DNA of 64,000 nucleotides, taken from NCBI GenBank assembly GCA_040222015.1, contig JAVJWO010000040.1, positions 102,548-166,547 of the forward strand. The letters are read 5' to 3'. Source of the DNA: Coleofasciculus chthonoplastes F2-STO-03 (lineage in GTDB: Bacteria > Cyanobacteriota > Cyanobacteriia > Cyanobacteriales > Coleofasciculaceae). Each line of letters starts with the position of its first letter. Position 1 is the stretch's first letter. The position numbers were made by a program, and so were the translations under genes. Positions 1 through 9,423 of the stretch are shown one piece after another. The notes beneath the pieces were generated by a model. That model was given only the letters and a program-made list of their open reading frames with translations, was not told the DNA's origin and ran no database searches.

Positions 1-1164
1 ATGCCGGAGTATTTACAAAAAGCTGAAGCCTATTATGAGCAGTTAAGGGATCAACCTAATGCGACTCTCGCTTATAATTGGACGCATACCTGGGATGATA
101 AATCTTATGGCAGTTATGTCTTATTAGCTGAATTAACCGGAAAAACCAAGTATCGACAAGACGCCGAACGTTGGTTAGACTATTGGTGCGATCGCTGTCA
201 GTGGAAACACATCTCTTATACTCCAGGAGGACTGGCTTGGCTGGATGAATGGGGTTCGTTAAGATATACGGCAAAAACGGCATTTTTAGCCTTTATTTAT
301 GGGGACTCAGTAGACTCGGCTTGGACGCGACGAAAATATCATGCCTTTGCCGAACGGCAGATTAATTATATGTTAGGATCGAATCCAGATCAGCGGAGTT
401 ATGTGGTTGGATTTGGCAATAACCCACCCAGACAACCCCATCATCGAACAGCCCATGGTTCTTGGGCAAATAGTAAAGAAATTCCGGAAGAAACGCGGCA
501 TATTTTGTATGGAGCCTTAGTGGGTGGACCCGATCAGCAGGATAATTATATCGATGAACGATCTAATTTTCAGATGACTGAAGTGGCTACAGATTATAAT
601 GCCGGATTTACGGGGGCTGTGGCGAAACTCTATCAGAAATATGGGGGTAAACCCTTAGCCAATTTTCCGGAACCAGAACAACGAAGTGATGAATTTTTTG
701 TCGAAGCGCAAGGAAATCAACTGAGTGATAATTTAATGGAGGTTCAAGCCACAATTTATAACCAATCCGCGTGGCCCGCCCGAATTATTCCTAATTTATC
801 GTTTCGCTATTTTATCGATAGTAGTGAGGTGATTGAAGCCGGAGTCAACCCAACGGATATTACAGTCAATGCCAGTTCTGAATCAGGAATAACGGTATCT
901 GGACTCAATCCTTGGCAAAATTCGCCAACGATTTACTATATTCAGGTGGATGTAGATGGAACTCAACTTTATCCTGGGGGGGAAGCTTATTATAAAAAAG
1001 ATGTCCAATTTGAGGTAAGTACACCGACAGGTATCTGGACTATGAATAATGATTGGTCGTACCAAGAGATGCTAGAACAAGCCGGGAAGGGCAAACGTAC
1101 TCATATTCCGGTTTATAATAGTGGACAATTAATGTTTGGAATTGAACCGCCCAAGAAGGGGTAA
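1..1164 (+). CDS. GH9 endoglucanase (C-terminal part of catalytic domain + CBM3-type module); 5' end probably outside window
   Basis: GH9 motifs HHRTAHGSW, LYGALVGGPD..D.Y.D.R.....EVATDYNAGFTG; C-terminal NQSAWPAR...LSFRYFID typical of CBM3c. Confidence 0.9.
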   Translation: MPEYLQKAEAYYEQLRDQPNATLAYNWTHTWDDKSYGSYVLLAELTGKTKYRQDAERWLDYWCDRCQWKHISYTPGGLAWLDEWGSLRYTAKTAFLAFIYGDSVDSAWTRRKYHAFAERQINYMLGSNPDQRSYVVGFGNNPPRQPHHRTAHGSWANSKEIPEETRHILYGALVGGPDQQDNYIDERSNFQMTEVATDYNAGFTGAVAKLYQKYGGKPLANFPEPEQRSDEFFVEAQGNQLSDNLMEVQATIYNQSAWPARIIPNLSFRYFIDSSEVIEAGVNPTDITVNASSESGITVSGLNPWQNSPTIYYIQVDVDGTQLYPGGEAYYKKDVQFEVSTPTGIWTMNNDWSYQEMLEQAGKGKRTHIPVYNSGQLMFGIEPPKKG

Positions 1165-1463
1165 AATAGTTTTGATGCTTCACAACCTTCGATGGCATGG
1201 CGCGTGATTGCGTAGGGGCGGGTTTAGGGACTTTCGTGCAGCTATTAATCATAACGTTTGTACAAAACCCGCCCTGACTTGACCCTTCGCTTTGAGTTTA
1301 AAGAAACGCATCTGGGGTCATGTAGGGGCTACCCACTTGCATAAATATCCCGTCCACTCAATTTGCTCGGGTCGCCCTCTCCTCAAACCTTTAGGTGATT
1401 GTTTTTTTAGGAATTAAAGGTGCATCTACAGATTAAACTGTATAAATAGAATGGAATGATGTC

Positions 1464-3197
1464 ATGAAAATCGATAGACGTTTTTTCCTCGGTTGGGCAA
1501 TATCAATGGCGTATGGATTCTTTGCTAAAGGACAAGCGCAAACGGTAAACCCAGATAGTCAAACTAAATTGTTGATTAATCAAGTCGGATATTCCAAAAG
1601 CCGTCCTAAATTAGCCTTTTTACTCAATTCAAATCATTCTGATACGAATACAATCCAATTAATTAACGCCCGTACTAACCGCCCCGTTTTCGAGGTGGAT
1701 TTGTCATCACCGCTCCAAGATACAGCCAGCAAAGATAGTATCCAACGGATTGATTTTACCACATTCAACCGTCCCGGACGCTATTATCTGAAAATTGGAG
1801 AGATTCAGTCTTATCCCTTTGAAATTGGTCAAGCTATTTATCAATATGCTTTCAACAAAATGCTACGTTCCTACTATTTACAACGCTGTGGGGTAGCCAT
1901 ACGGGATTCTATCAATGGGATTGGTCATTCTCCTTGCCATTTAAATGATGGCACCTTTGCCCATACGGATGATATGCATCGGGCGGGTGAAATGAAACGC
2001 GCCCAAGGGGGTTGGCATGATGCGGGCGATTTTGGTAAATATGTGGGACCAACGGCGGTAACAGTGGGTCGTTTATTAAGTTTATATGAGCAATATCCAT
2101 CGCTATTTTCTGACCGCCAACTGATGATTCCTGAAAGTGGTAATGGCAGACCAGATTTGCTGGATGAAATGAAGGTGGGATTGGATTGGATGCTGACCAT
2201 GCAACGGCGCGATGGTGCGGTTTATCGCAAGCTTTCGGGGAAAGAATGGCCCCCCATGATTCTACCGAATGAGGATATCCAAACTCGCTATATTTATGGA
2301 ATTTCCACACCAGAAACAGCGAAATTTGCCGCAGCATTGGCAATGGCGGCGAGAGTGTATTCAGGGTATGATGTGTTATTGGCGAAGAATTATTTGAAAG
2401 CGGCGCAAAAAGCCTGGGAATTTTTACAAAATGAACCCTCCATGCGTGTGGATTGGGTTGAGGGGGATGATAGTGGTTCGGGGAAATATCTGGCTGGGGA
2501 GTGGGATACGGAAGCGTCGTTAAAAACGGATAAGGATGACCGTTTTTGGGCGGCAGCAGAGTTGTTGATTACGACAGGAGAGGCAAGTTTTGCGGCGTAT
2601 TTAGAACAAGAGCTTCCTGACTTGCCTTATACTCTATTTGAATGGAAAGATCCCTCGGCTTTGGGGATGGCAGATTATCTGTGGCAAGCGCGTCAGCAAG
2701 GTTCAGAAAATCTGAAGGCGCAAATGAAGCAGAAGTTATTAGAACGGGCAGATCGTTTACTGGATACGGTGAATCGCAGTGGCTATCGCTTGGCACTGGA
2801 TAAGTTTATTTGGGCGTCGAATAAGATGGTAGCGGAGGAAGGAATTACCTTGTTTTATGCCTATAAACTGACCGGGAATCAAGCGTATTATCAGGCGGCG
2901 GTAGATCAGTTAGATTATTTGTTAGGACGCAATCATTTTAATCTATCCTTTGTTACGGCTGTGGGTTCAAATTCAGTCCGCAATGTCCATCACCGAGTTG
3001 CTGTCGCGAAAAAAACGGTGATTCCCGGGTTAATGGTAGGGGGGGCGAATACAGAAGCCCAGGATGGAATTGCTCCGAAAGGATTAGGTCCGCTAAGTTA
3101 TGTGGATGATGAGCGATCTTATGCCACGAACGAATATGCGATTGATTATAATGCTCCTGCGATCGCACTGATGGGAATGGTGATGGCGGAAGGTTAA
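1464..3197 (+). CDS. GH9 glycoside hydrolase with N-terminal Ig-like domain and twin-arginine-like signal
   Basis: INQVGY, GGWHDAGDFGKY, YLLGRN, HHR, SYATNEYAIDYNA motifs; N-terminus DRRFFL followed by hydrophobic stretch and AQA. Confidence 0.9.
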   Translation: MKIDRRFFLGWAISMAYGFFAKGQAQTVNPDSQTKLLINQVGYSKSRPKLAFLLNSNHSDTNTIQLINARTNRPVFEVDLSSPLQDTASKDSIQRIDFTTFNRPGRYYLKIGEIQSYPFEIGQAIYQYAFNKMLRSYYLQRCGVAIRDSINGIGHSPCHLNDGTFAHTDDMHRAGEMKRAQGGWHDAGDFGKYVGPTAVTVGRLLSLYEQYPSLFSDRQLMIPESGNGRPDLLDEMKVGLDWMLTMQRRDGAVYRKLSGKEWPPMILPNEDIQTRYIYGISTPETAKFAAALAMAARVYSGYDVLLAKNYLKAAQKAWEFLQNEPSMRVDWVEGDDSGSGKYLAGEWDTEASLKTDKDDRFWAAAELLITTGEASFAAYLEQELPDLPYTLFEWKDPSALGMADYLWQARQQGSENLKAQMKQKLLERADRLLDTVNRSGYRLALDKFIWASNKMVAEEGITLFYAYKLTGNQAYYQAAVDQLDYLLGRNHFNLSFVTAVGSNSVRNVHHRVAVAKKTVIPGLMVGGANTEAQDGIAPKGLGPLSYVDDERSYATNEYAIDYNAPAIALMGMVMAEG

Positions 3198-3430
3198 CTT
3201 GTACGAGTTAGAAGAAAGGCTTGTACGAGAAAAGCTTGGCGGTTAGAAACCGCAGCTACACAAACCAAACCCGCCTGCGCGGGTTCTTCGATTAAGTCGA
3301 TTTTATGTAGGGTGGGTAAGCATCTAAAAGCTAGACAAGTTTAGGCTAAAGAAATAGCAAATTGGTGGTATCAATATCATCCTAATATTTTTTCATATTA
3401 GATTTTTTCTGAGAGATAGTGAGGTAATGG

Positions 3431-4234
3431 ATGTCTCAAAATCCAATCATCACCCTATTAAGCGACTTTGGCATCAACGATGTCTACGTGGGTGTCATGA
3501 AAGGCGTCATCGCCCAAATTAACCCAGCCCTCACCATCATCGATCTCACCCACGAGATTCCTCGGCAAAACATCGCCGCCGCCCGATTTAACCTGATGAA
3601 CGCCTATCCCTATTTTCCCGATCGCACCATCCATGTTGCTGTAGTTGATCCGGGTGTAGGCAGTCAGCGCCGTGCGATCGCACTACAAGTGGATAATGGT
3701 TTCCTAGTTGGACCCGATAATGGATTGTTTAGCGGTATTTTAACCCAAAGTACGATTGTTTTTGCTGTTGAACTCACTAACCCAGAATTTTGGCGCACCC
3801 CCACCCCTAGTCAAACATTCCATGGTCGAGATATATTTGCCCCCGTCGGCGCACATCTTGCCAGTGGTGTTCCCTTAGCAGAGTTGGGATCAGTGATCGA
3901 ACCCAGCACTCTGGTACAATTGCCGATTCCAGAATTGACCAAAACCGCGACGGGGATCACGGGTTCTATCCAGTATATTGACCATTTCGGTAACCTAATC
4001 ACCGACATTCCCGCCGCTGACGTGACGGGAAAAACTTGGTTAGTCACGGTAAATCAGCGCCAGATACCCACGGGTCAAACCTATAGCGATCGCCCTTTAG
4101 GAGAACTCATCGCCTTAATTGGGAGTCACGGTTGGGTTGAAATTGCTGTGAATGGCGGTAGCGCTCAATCCGAGTTGCAGTTAGATTTAGGGAAGAGGGT
4201 AGACGTGCCCCTTCCTGGTATTGAAAGAAGATGA
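3431..4234 (+). CDS. SAM hydroxide adenosyltransferase / chlorinase-fluorinase family (DUF62)
   Basis: ITLLSDFG..D.YVGVMKGVI, VVDPGVGS.RR, GPDNG, TFHGRDIFAP, YIDHFGNLIT motifs. Confidence 0.9.
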   Translation: MSQNPIITLLSDFGINDVYVGVMKGVIAQINPALTIIDLTHEIPRQNIAAARFNLMNAYPYFPDRTIHVAVVDPGVGSQRRAIALQVDNGFLVGPDNGLFSGILTQSTIVFAVELTNPEFWRTPTPSQTFHGRDIFAPVGAHLASGVPLAELGSVIEPSTLVQLPIPELTKTATGITGSIQYIDHFGNLITDIPAADVTGKTWLVTVNQRQIPTGQTYSDRPLGELIALIGSHGWVEIAVNGGSAQSELQLDLGKRVDVPLPGIERR

Positions 4235-4241
4235 GATAAAC

Positions 4242-4901
4242 ATGGTATTACAGCAACAATGGGACTCTGAGGTTTACCAGGGTCAATTTGGCGAATTTAC
4301 AATTACCGACAGCGATCGCGTCGGGGTTATTTTATACCGCAGTAGCCTGATAATTGCGGCATTGAGCTTTGCGATCGGTAGTGGTTTGGTCTTGTGGCAA
4401 CCGGATAATCCCACTATTTTAACCGCCCTCACGCCCCTATATGGCTTGTTCTGTGTGGCGCTAGGTGTGAGTCTGGCAACGATTCATATCTATTTAGCCC
4501 CCCTACACCGCCTCCTACAACTGTTTTGGGGAATTGGCACGATTGCGGCTGGTGTGTTTGCCATCCAGAGTAGCGAACCCCTTGCCCTTTTCGTGTATAA
4601 CCAACCTGTTACCCTCTTCGGGATTGGCTTTGTGTTTGTGGCGTTAACGGGGATTTATTTCAAAGAAGCCTTTTGTTTCAACCGCTTTGAAACCAAACTG
4701 CTGACTCCCCTCGTACCCGTCTTATTACTAGGACATTTAGTTAATATGTTACCCGCTACCGGGGAACAGGTGCTTTTAGGACTGTGGACAGTTCTATTTT
4801 TAGTCTTTGCGGTGCGTAAGGCAATCCAGCCGATTCCCCCTGACATTGGCGACAAGTCAGTTTTTACCTATCTGAAACAACAACGGGCGGCTCAATCCTA
4901 A
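4242..4901 (+). CDS. Integral membrane protein, DUF2301-like
   Basis: Several TM segments; YQGQFGEFTIT..DR, IHIYL..LH, KEAFCF, DIGDKSVF motifs; ATG at 4242 preferred. Confidence 0.75.
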   Translation: MVLQQQWDSEVYQGQFGEFTITDSDRVGVILYRSSLIIAALSFAIGSGLVLWQPDNPTILTALTPLYGLFCVALGVSLATIHIYLAPLHRLLQLFWGIGTIAAGVFAIQSSEPLALFVYNQPVTLFGIGFVFVALTGIYFKEAFCFNRFETKLLTPLVPVLLLGHLVNMLPATGEQVLLGLWTVLFLVFAVRKAIQPIPPDIGDKSVFTYLKQQRAAQS

Positions 4902-4921
4902 CGATTAGGGGATAGTAACCG

Positions 4922-5324
4922 ATGAGCTTACCAGGAAAAGTCGCCATTGTTACCGGAGGCGGACAAGGGATTGGCTTTCGCGATCGCGAAAGCCTTCTTA
5001 GAACAGGGAATGAACGTCGCGATCGCAGAACTTGATTCAGAAGCCGGAACAGCTACAGCCGCCGAGTTTCAACCTCTTGGTTCAATTCAATTTACTCAAA
5101 CGGATATTTCCCAGGAAGATTCCGTGAAACAGGCGATTCAAGCCACCCAAAACCAATGGGGCAGAATCGATGTTTTGGTCAGACATCAACTCCAATTAAC
5201 CCCCCAGGATCATCAACAACATCCGGCGGGTAGAGTGGGCAAACCCGAAGACATTGCCGCATTTGTGACGGGTGCGAATTTTGTCATTGATGGCGGGATG
5301 ACCAGAAAAATGATTTACTCGTAA
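4922..5324 (+). pseudogene. Short-chain dehydrogenase (SDR) pseudogene with frameshift and internal deletions
   Basis: ATG 4922 gives MSLPGKVAIVTGGGQGIG, then a frameshift near 4977; GRIDVLV jumps directly to HPAGRVGKPEDIA and FVTGANFVIDGG, so the NNAG/YxxxK core is missing. Confidence 0.85.
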
Positions 5325-5506
5325 AAAACGAGCGACAGTTTTCTTGCCCGAATTATTTAAGGCGTAATGGTTTGATAGTCCTAAAAAATGCGCCATTATT
5401 TGAGTATAAATCTAATCCTATTGATAACTTTGTAATTGCCAATTATTAGGTAAATTAACCCGATTATCTGCGGTGCTTTGCCACTCTAAATCATAAGAAA
5501 ATTGTC

Positions 5507-6118
5507 ATGGTAATAGTCATCATTATAAGTTGCCTGATAGCCGAGGTTTTCCCTGTCGTGCTATCCGCTCAATTTTTCTCACCACTGACGCGGTTACAAC
5601 TGAGTTCCCTACTTGCCTCAAAGCCCTCTACATTCCCCTTAGAATCCATCAACGTCTTTCCACCTCCTCTAGGGGACATGATTGAAACGCGATGTCGAGA
5701 AGTCCCGACTGGTGTTGGTATTCCCGCCTTTCAGCCAGGAATTACCAAAGAAGATGTGATGCGTTTATTAGGCGCTCCCACCGGAACCGCACGCGGTTAT
5801 TGGCCCAATACTCGTGCTATATTCTATGAATTAATACCAGATCAGATTAGCTTAGGTTTTCTGTTTGACCGAAATTCTCTACGAATTCGACAAACAGAAG
5901 CCTCCTTTACGGCTGAAGTTGATTCCCAGACGGTATTATTGACATTGAATGGAATGTTAGGATGCAAGCTGAACCAGCAAATCCAACAGGGATTAGAACA
6001 AGTGTGGCAACGTCAATCTCGGCAGTTTTCCTTTCAGCTAGACTATCTCGAAGGCGTGATTGAACGCCAACAAGAGGGACGAATCTATATCGGGATTTGG
6101 GAAGAAGATTTACATTGA
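5507..6118 (+). CDS. Hypothetical protein, resembles the C-terminal domain of cyanobacterial Ser/Thr kinases
   Basis: 203-aa ORF; GYWPNTRA, LGFLFD, RQTEASF, RIYIGIWEEDLH motifs; no kinase domain. Confidence 0.55.
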   Translation: MVIVIIISCLIAEVFPVVLSAQFFSPLTRLQLSSLLASKPSTFPLESINVFPPPLGDMIETRCREVPTGVGIPAFQPGITKEDVMRLLGAPTGTARGYWPNTRAIFYELIPDQISLGFLFDRNSLRIRQTEASFTAEVDSQTVLLTLNGMLGCKLNQQIQQGLEQVWQRQSRQFSFQLDYLEGVIERQQEGRIYIGIWEEDLH

Positions 6119-6397
6119 AAGCCGTAAGTCGGTGTTCGTAGTGAGGGCTTCAGCCCTCTCCAGCTAGGCGGAGCGAGAACTAAAGTTCTCACGACAAACA
6201 AAGCCCTATTTTAGCTGGGTCATACCAGTAGTGGTCTAAAATGGTGAAATAGATTTTACTCGAATCCATCCCTCATAAGAATCAGCGTATCGTTATCCAC
6301 CCACCCTTGCATATCTTTATCTTCTTTCCCATCTAATTCTTGTTGCGCGATCGCGGCTGAGCCTCCGGCTTTATCATGAATGTAGGTTCTGGCATCA

Positions 6398-6577
6398 TTG
6401 AGGATGACTAAAAGCCCGAATTCTCTCTTCTGTGTATTCAGCCAACTCCAGTAACCGATCCATGCGTTGACTATAACCGCGATCGCCGTAGTATTTCCAA
6501 GCTAGCCAAAGGTGGTTCCGGAAGTGGCTGCCACCAAGAATGGTATTTTACCATGGTTGAGTGCCGTGACAATCCCC
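6398..6577 (-). pseudogene. Fragments of a group II PLP-dependent decarboxylase
   Basis: Manual translation: GIVTALNHGKIPFLVAATSGTT, then in another frame LWLAWKYYGDRGYSQRMDRLLELAEYTEERI; boundaries approximate. Confidence 0.65.
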
Positions 6578-6589
6578 CCAAGGTTGAAG

Positions 6590-7085
6590 ACCCGGTTGGA
6601 TTAATCCGGTTGCGGCACCTCGAACTAAACAGGCGCCAATCGGGATACCATTCCCCAGTGCTTTGGCTAAACACAACACATCGGGTACTATATCTTCATG
6701 CTGATAGGTGAACAGTTTACCGGTATGACCAATTCCCGTTTGGACTTCATCAAGCATCATCAGGCAACCCGCGCGATCGCAGATTTGTCGAACCTTTTGC
6801 AGATAGCCTAGATCTGGCACAATAATACCGGCATTACCTTGAACTGGCTCTAGCAGAACAGCCACAATATCCGAATTTGCTTGAATCGCCTGTTCTATCG
6901 CCGCCGCATCATTGTAAGGGACTCGCACAAATCCGGGTAATAATGGTGCAAAACCCGCTTTAATTTTGGGATTAGCTGAAGCGCTCAAGGCTCTCAGGGT
7001 ACGACCATGAAATCCTCCCTCCATCACCAAAATTTGGGGACGTTCAATTCCCTTTTGATGACCATATAGTCTAGCAATTTTCAGT
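6590..7085 (-). pseudogene. argD: Acetylornithine aminotransferase (class III) internal fragment
   Basis: LKIARLYGH...FHGRTL...LLEPVQGNAG...LDEVQTGIG...PDVLCLAKALGNGIPIGA; both termini missing. Confidence 0.85.
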
Positions 7086-7086
7086 C

Positions 7087-7320
7087 CTAACTCATTAGCT
7101 TCTGCTCCAGAATGGTTGAAGAATGCTTGTAATCTGGCAATTCATGAGCTACACGCATTTTTCCCAGAATCCATAGCAACCCTTCGTCATAAATAACGAA
7201 ATTTTTTACGCCTAATTCAATGCCGCGTTTAATATCTTCAATTGCCCGAATCAGTTGTTCTTGACCTCTCAAGCTTTCAAAGATGAAACCCTTTCTATAC
7301 CTGGGTTTCAAGCCGTTCAC
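7087..7320 (-). pseudogene. Fragment resembling U32 peptidase-family protein
   Basis: LRGQEQLIRAIEDIKRGIELGVKNFVIYDEGLLWIL segment; no termini. Confidence 0.5.
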
Positions 7321-7811
7321 TTGTTGTATCCTATTAAGGTATAAGTTCTGAAGTTGCCTAAATCACCTAGGAGTACAGACAATGGTTTCAGACTTTTGAC
7401 CAGGGTAGCGCAGGCGATCGCCCAACCCTGAGTCGTGCTAGCTGAGAAATTGTCCACTCCCCAAGGCTAACTATTCCCAGGTATCAGTTGAGTTAAACCC
7501 TGATGCCATAGTCAATTCAACAACTTGCCCTATCTATTTTCTCCGGATGGAGTCAGCCGTCTATTGTTGAAGGTGTCAGCAATAAAGGCATACTACCATG
7601 GAAAAAAATGATATTGGCGTTATCCTCATCGGACTCGCGATGATTACCGCGACTCTCGTCTATTTCGACAGAGCCTCAAATTTAGAGGTGAAAATAACCC
7701 TCAATATACCAAGTAATTTGTTATCGAGGATACAAAACCCTATCCAAACTGGATTATGAGTATTGATTTACACCAGTATTTTTGATATGATCACCAATAA
7801 TTATTTTTTCA

Positions 7812-7929
7812 TAAGTAATCGGACTTTCATTAAAGTTAACGGTTGAGATTATGCAACAGGCAACAGTAAGGGTTTGAGGCTCCTTATCATTTCTTATTAC
7901 AGTGTACAGAATTTATGTCCAGGTACTTA
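7812..7929. mobile_element. MITE-like element, TAAGTA...TACTTA family (other copies 24364-24505, 39772-39901)
   Basis: Terminal inverted TAAGTA/TACTTA and shared internal TAAAGTTAAC.GT and GTAAGGGTTTGAGG-like segments in three copies. Confidence 0.6.
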
Positions 7930-7943
7930 CTCAAAACAATAAA

Positions 7944-9422
7944 ATGTTAAAAATATTGCCAGCTTTTTCTGATTCTCCTCGGCTCAAACAATGGCTTTCC
8001 ATCAGCCTAATTATGCTGCTGGCGGCAACGCTATATCTCTATAAACTAGAGCAACGAGGTTTGTGGATTGATGAGTTCATTAGTATTTCTGATGCTCAAG
8101 ACATTAGTTTTAACCGGGGACGCCTTCTTTACTATATCCTACTCCATTTCTGGATGATATTCGGTGACAGTGATGCCTGGTTGCGAGGATTAGCGATTCT
8201 TTTTGCGTTAGGCAGTGTTTTCCTCGTTTATCAGCTAGGTCGTTATTTGTTTACCGACGCGATCGGTTTAATTGCGGCTTTGATGTTAGCACTTTCGCCC
8301 TTATTTATTAACCACGCCCAAGAAGTCCGTTACTACACAATGAGTGTTGGCTTGGGATTAGCTGGCACATTTGCACTCGCTTATGCCCTTGATCATCCCA
8401 GTAATTTTTTCAGTCGCTTCTTGTGGGTTTTTAGTCGGTTTTTGGCAATCATTACCACACCCCTGAACGGCGCATTGTTATTTCCAGATCTAACAATAGT
8501 CGGGATGAAATATTATCGACAACCTACCCAACTCATCAAGTTCGGCAAAGCCTTCTTGTTCATACTCGTCGCCAGTATCCCTGTGGGTTTATCGGTGAAA
8601 GCGTCATCAGGGGCGCATCGGCTAATCCTGCCAATTCCGGGTGTGAATGAGGTTTTACGGGAACTGAGAATATTGACCGCTTTTTCCTACCCGCCACCTC
8701 CTCCTTATCTGACTCGCTTTCTCCAAATTTATATCCTACTGTTGGTTGCTGTCATCGGGATTGCTGTTGTCCGGAAACGAAAATCAGAGAAGCTGATTTG
8801 GGTTTTAACGTGGGCGTTTGTGCCTACAGGAACAATTCTCGTATTTTCTCACCTCTTTTTCTCGATTTGGAATACCCGTTATATGATGCTTATCCTGCCG
8901 TATATTCTGATTCTTTTATCCATCGGCTTTAGAGAGATTTGGTATCAATGGCGTCCCATTGCTTGGGGTATAGCCGTTGTTTATACCGTTGCCGTCAGTA
9001 GTGGCTTATTTTACTATTACACAACACAAAAACGCTACATGGGAGCGTCGGATCATTATCGCCGTGTCGCCCAAATCATCAATGCCAATGAAAAACCAAA
9101 TGATATCATTGTGTGGTCAATTATTCATGGCACTGCATTACCGCTCAAACACTACCATCGCGGTTCTGCCCCTATTTACGTAAAAGACTTAATTGAAGTT
9201 GAAAAGAACATAGACAACATTCAGAAAACCGATGTCGAAAATTGGCTGGGCGAATTACCACCGATTAAATCCCGTTTATGGATTGTTTATGGCAAGGACA
9301 ATAATCAGGTATTACGCGAGGTCATTGAAGAAAAATTTCTCATTGAAATTGACCAAAAAGTCGGTGGATTAAATGTATTTCTCGTTCAGAGTCCCCCAAA
9401 AGATTCAAGCAAGATACATTGA
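7944..9422 (+). CDS. GT-C superfamily membrane glycosyltransferase (GT39/PMT/ArnT-like)
   Basis: LWIDE motif after first TM, LYYILLHFW, AQEVRYY, many TM helices; the upstream ORF extension overlaps a MITE, so ATG 7944 chosen. Confidence 0.8.
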   Translation: MLKILPAFSDSPRLKQWLSISLIMLLAATLYLYKLEQRGLWIDEFISISDAQDISFNRGRLLYYILLHFWMIFGDSDAWLRGLAILFALGSVFLVYQLGRYLFTDAIGLIAALMLALSPLFINHAQEVRYYTMSVGLGLAGTFALAYALDHPSNFFSRFLWVFSRFLAIITTPLNGALLFPDLTIVGMKYYRQPTQLIKFGKAFLFILVASIPVGLSVKASSGAHRLILPIPGVNEVLRELRILTAFSYPPPPPYLTRFLQIYILLLVAVIGIAVVRKRKSEKLIWVLTWAFVPTGTILVFSHLFFSIWNTRYMMLILPYILILLSIGFREIWYQWRPIAWGIAVVYTVAVSSGLFYYYTTQKRYMGASDHYRRVAQIINANEKPNDIIVWSIIHGTALPLKHYHRGSAPIYVKDLIEVEKNIDNIQKTDVENWLGELPPIKSRLWIVYGKDNNQVLREVIEEKFLIEIDQKVGGLNVFLVQSPPKDSSKIH

Positions 9423-9423
9423 C

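Noticed and set aside
3431..4234. DUF62 gene as a true fluorinase/chlorinase
   Set aside because: The HGRD motif and lack of biosynthetic context fit the common SAM hydrolase group.
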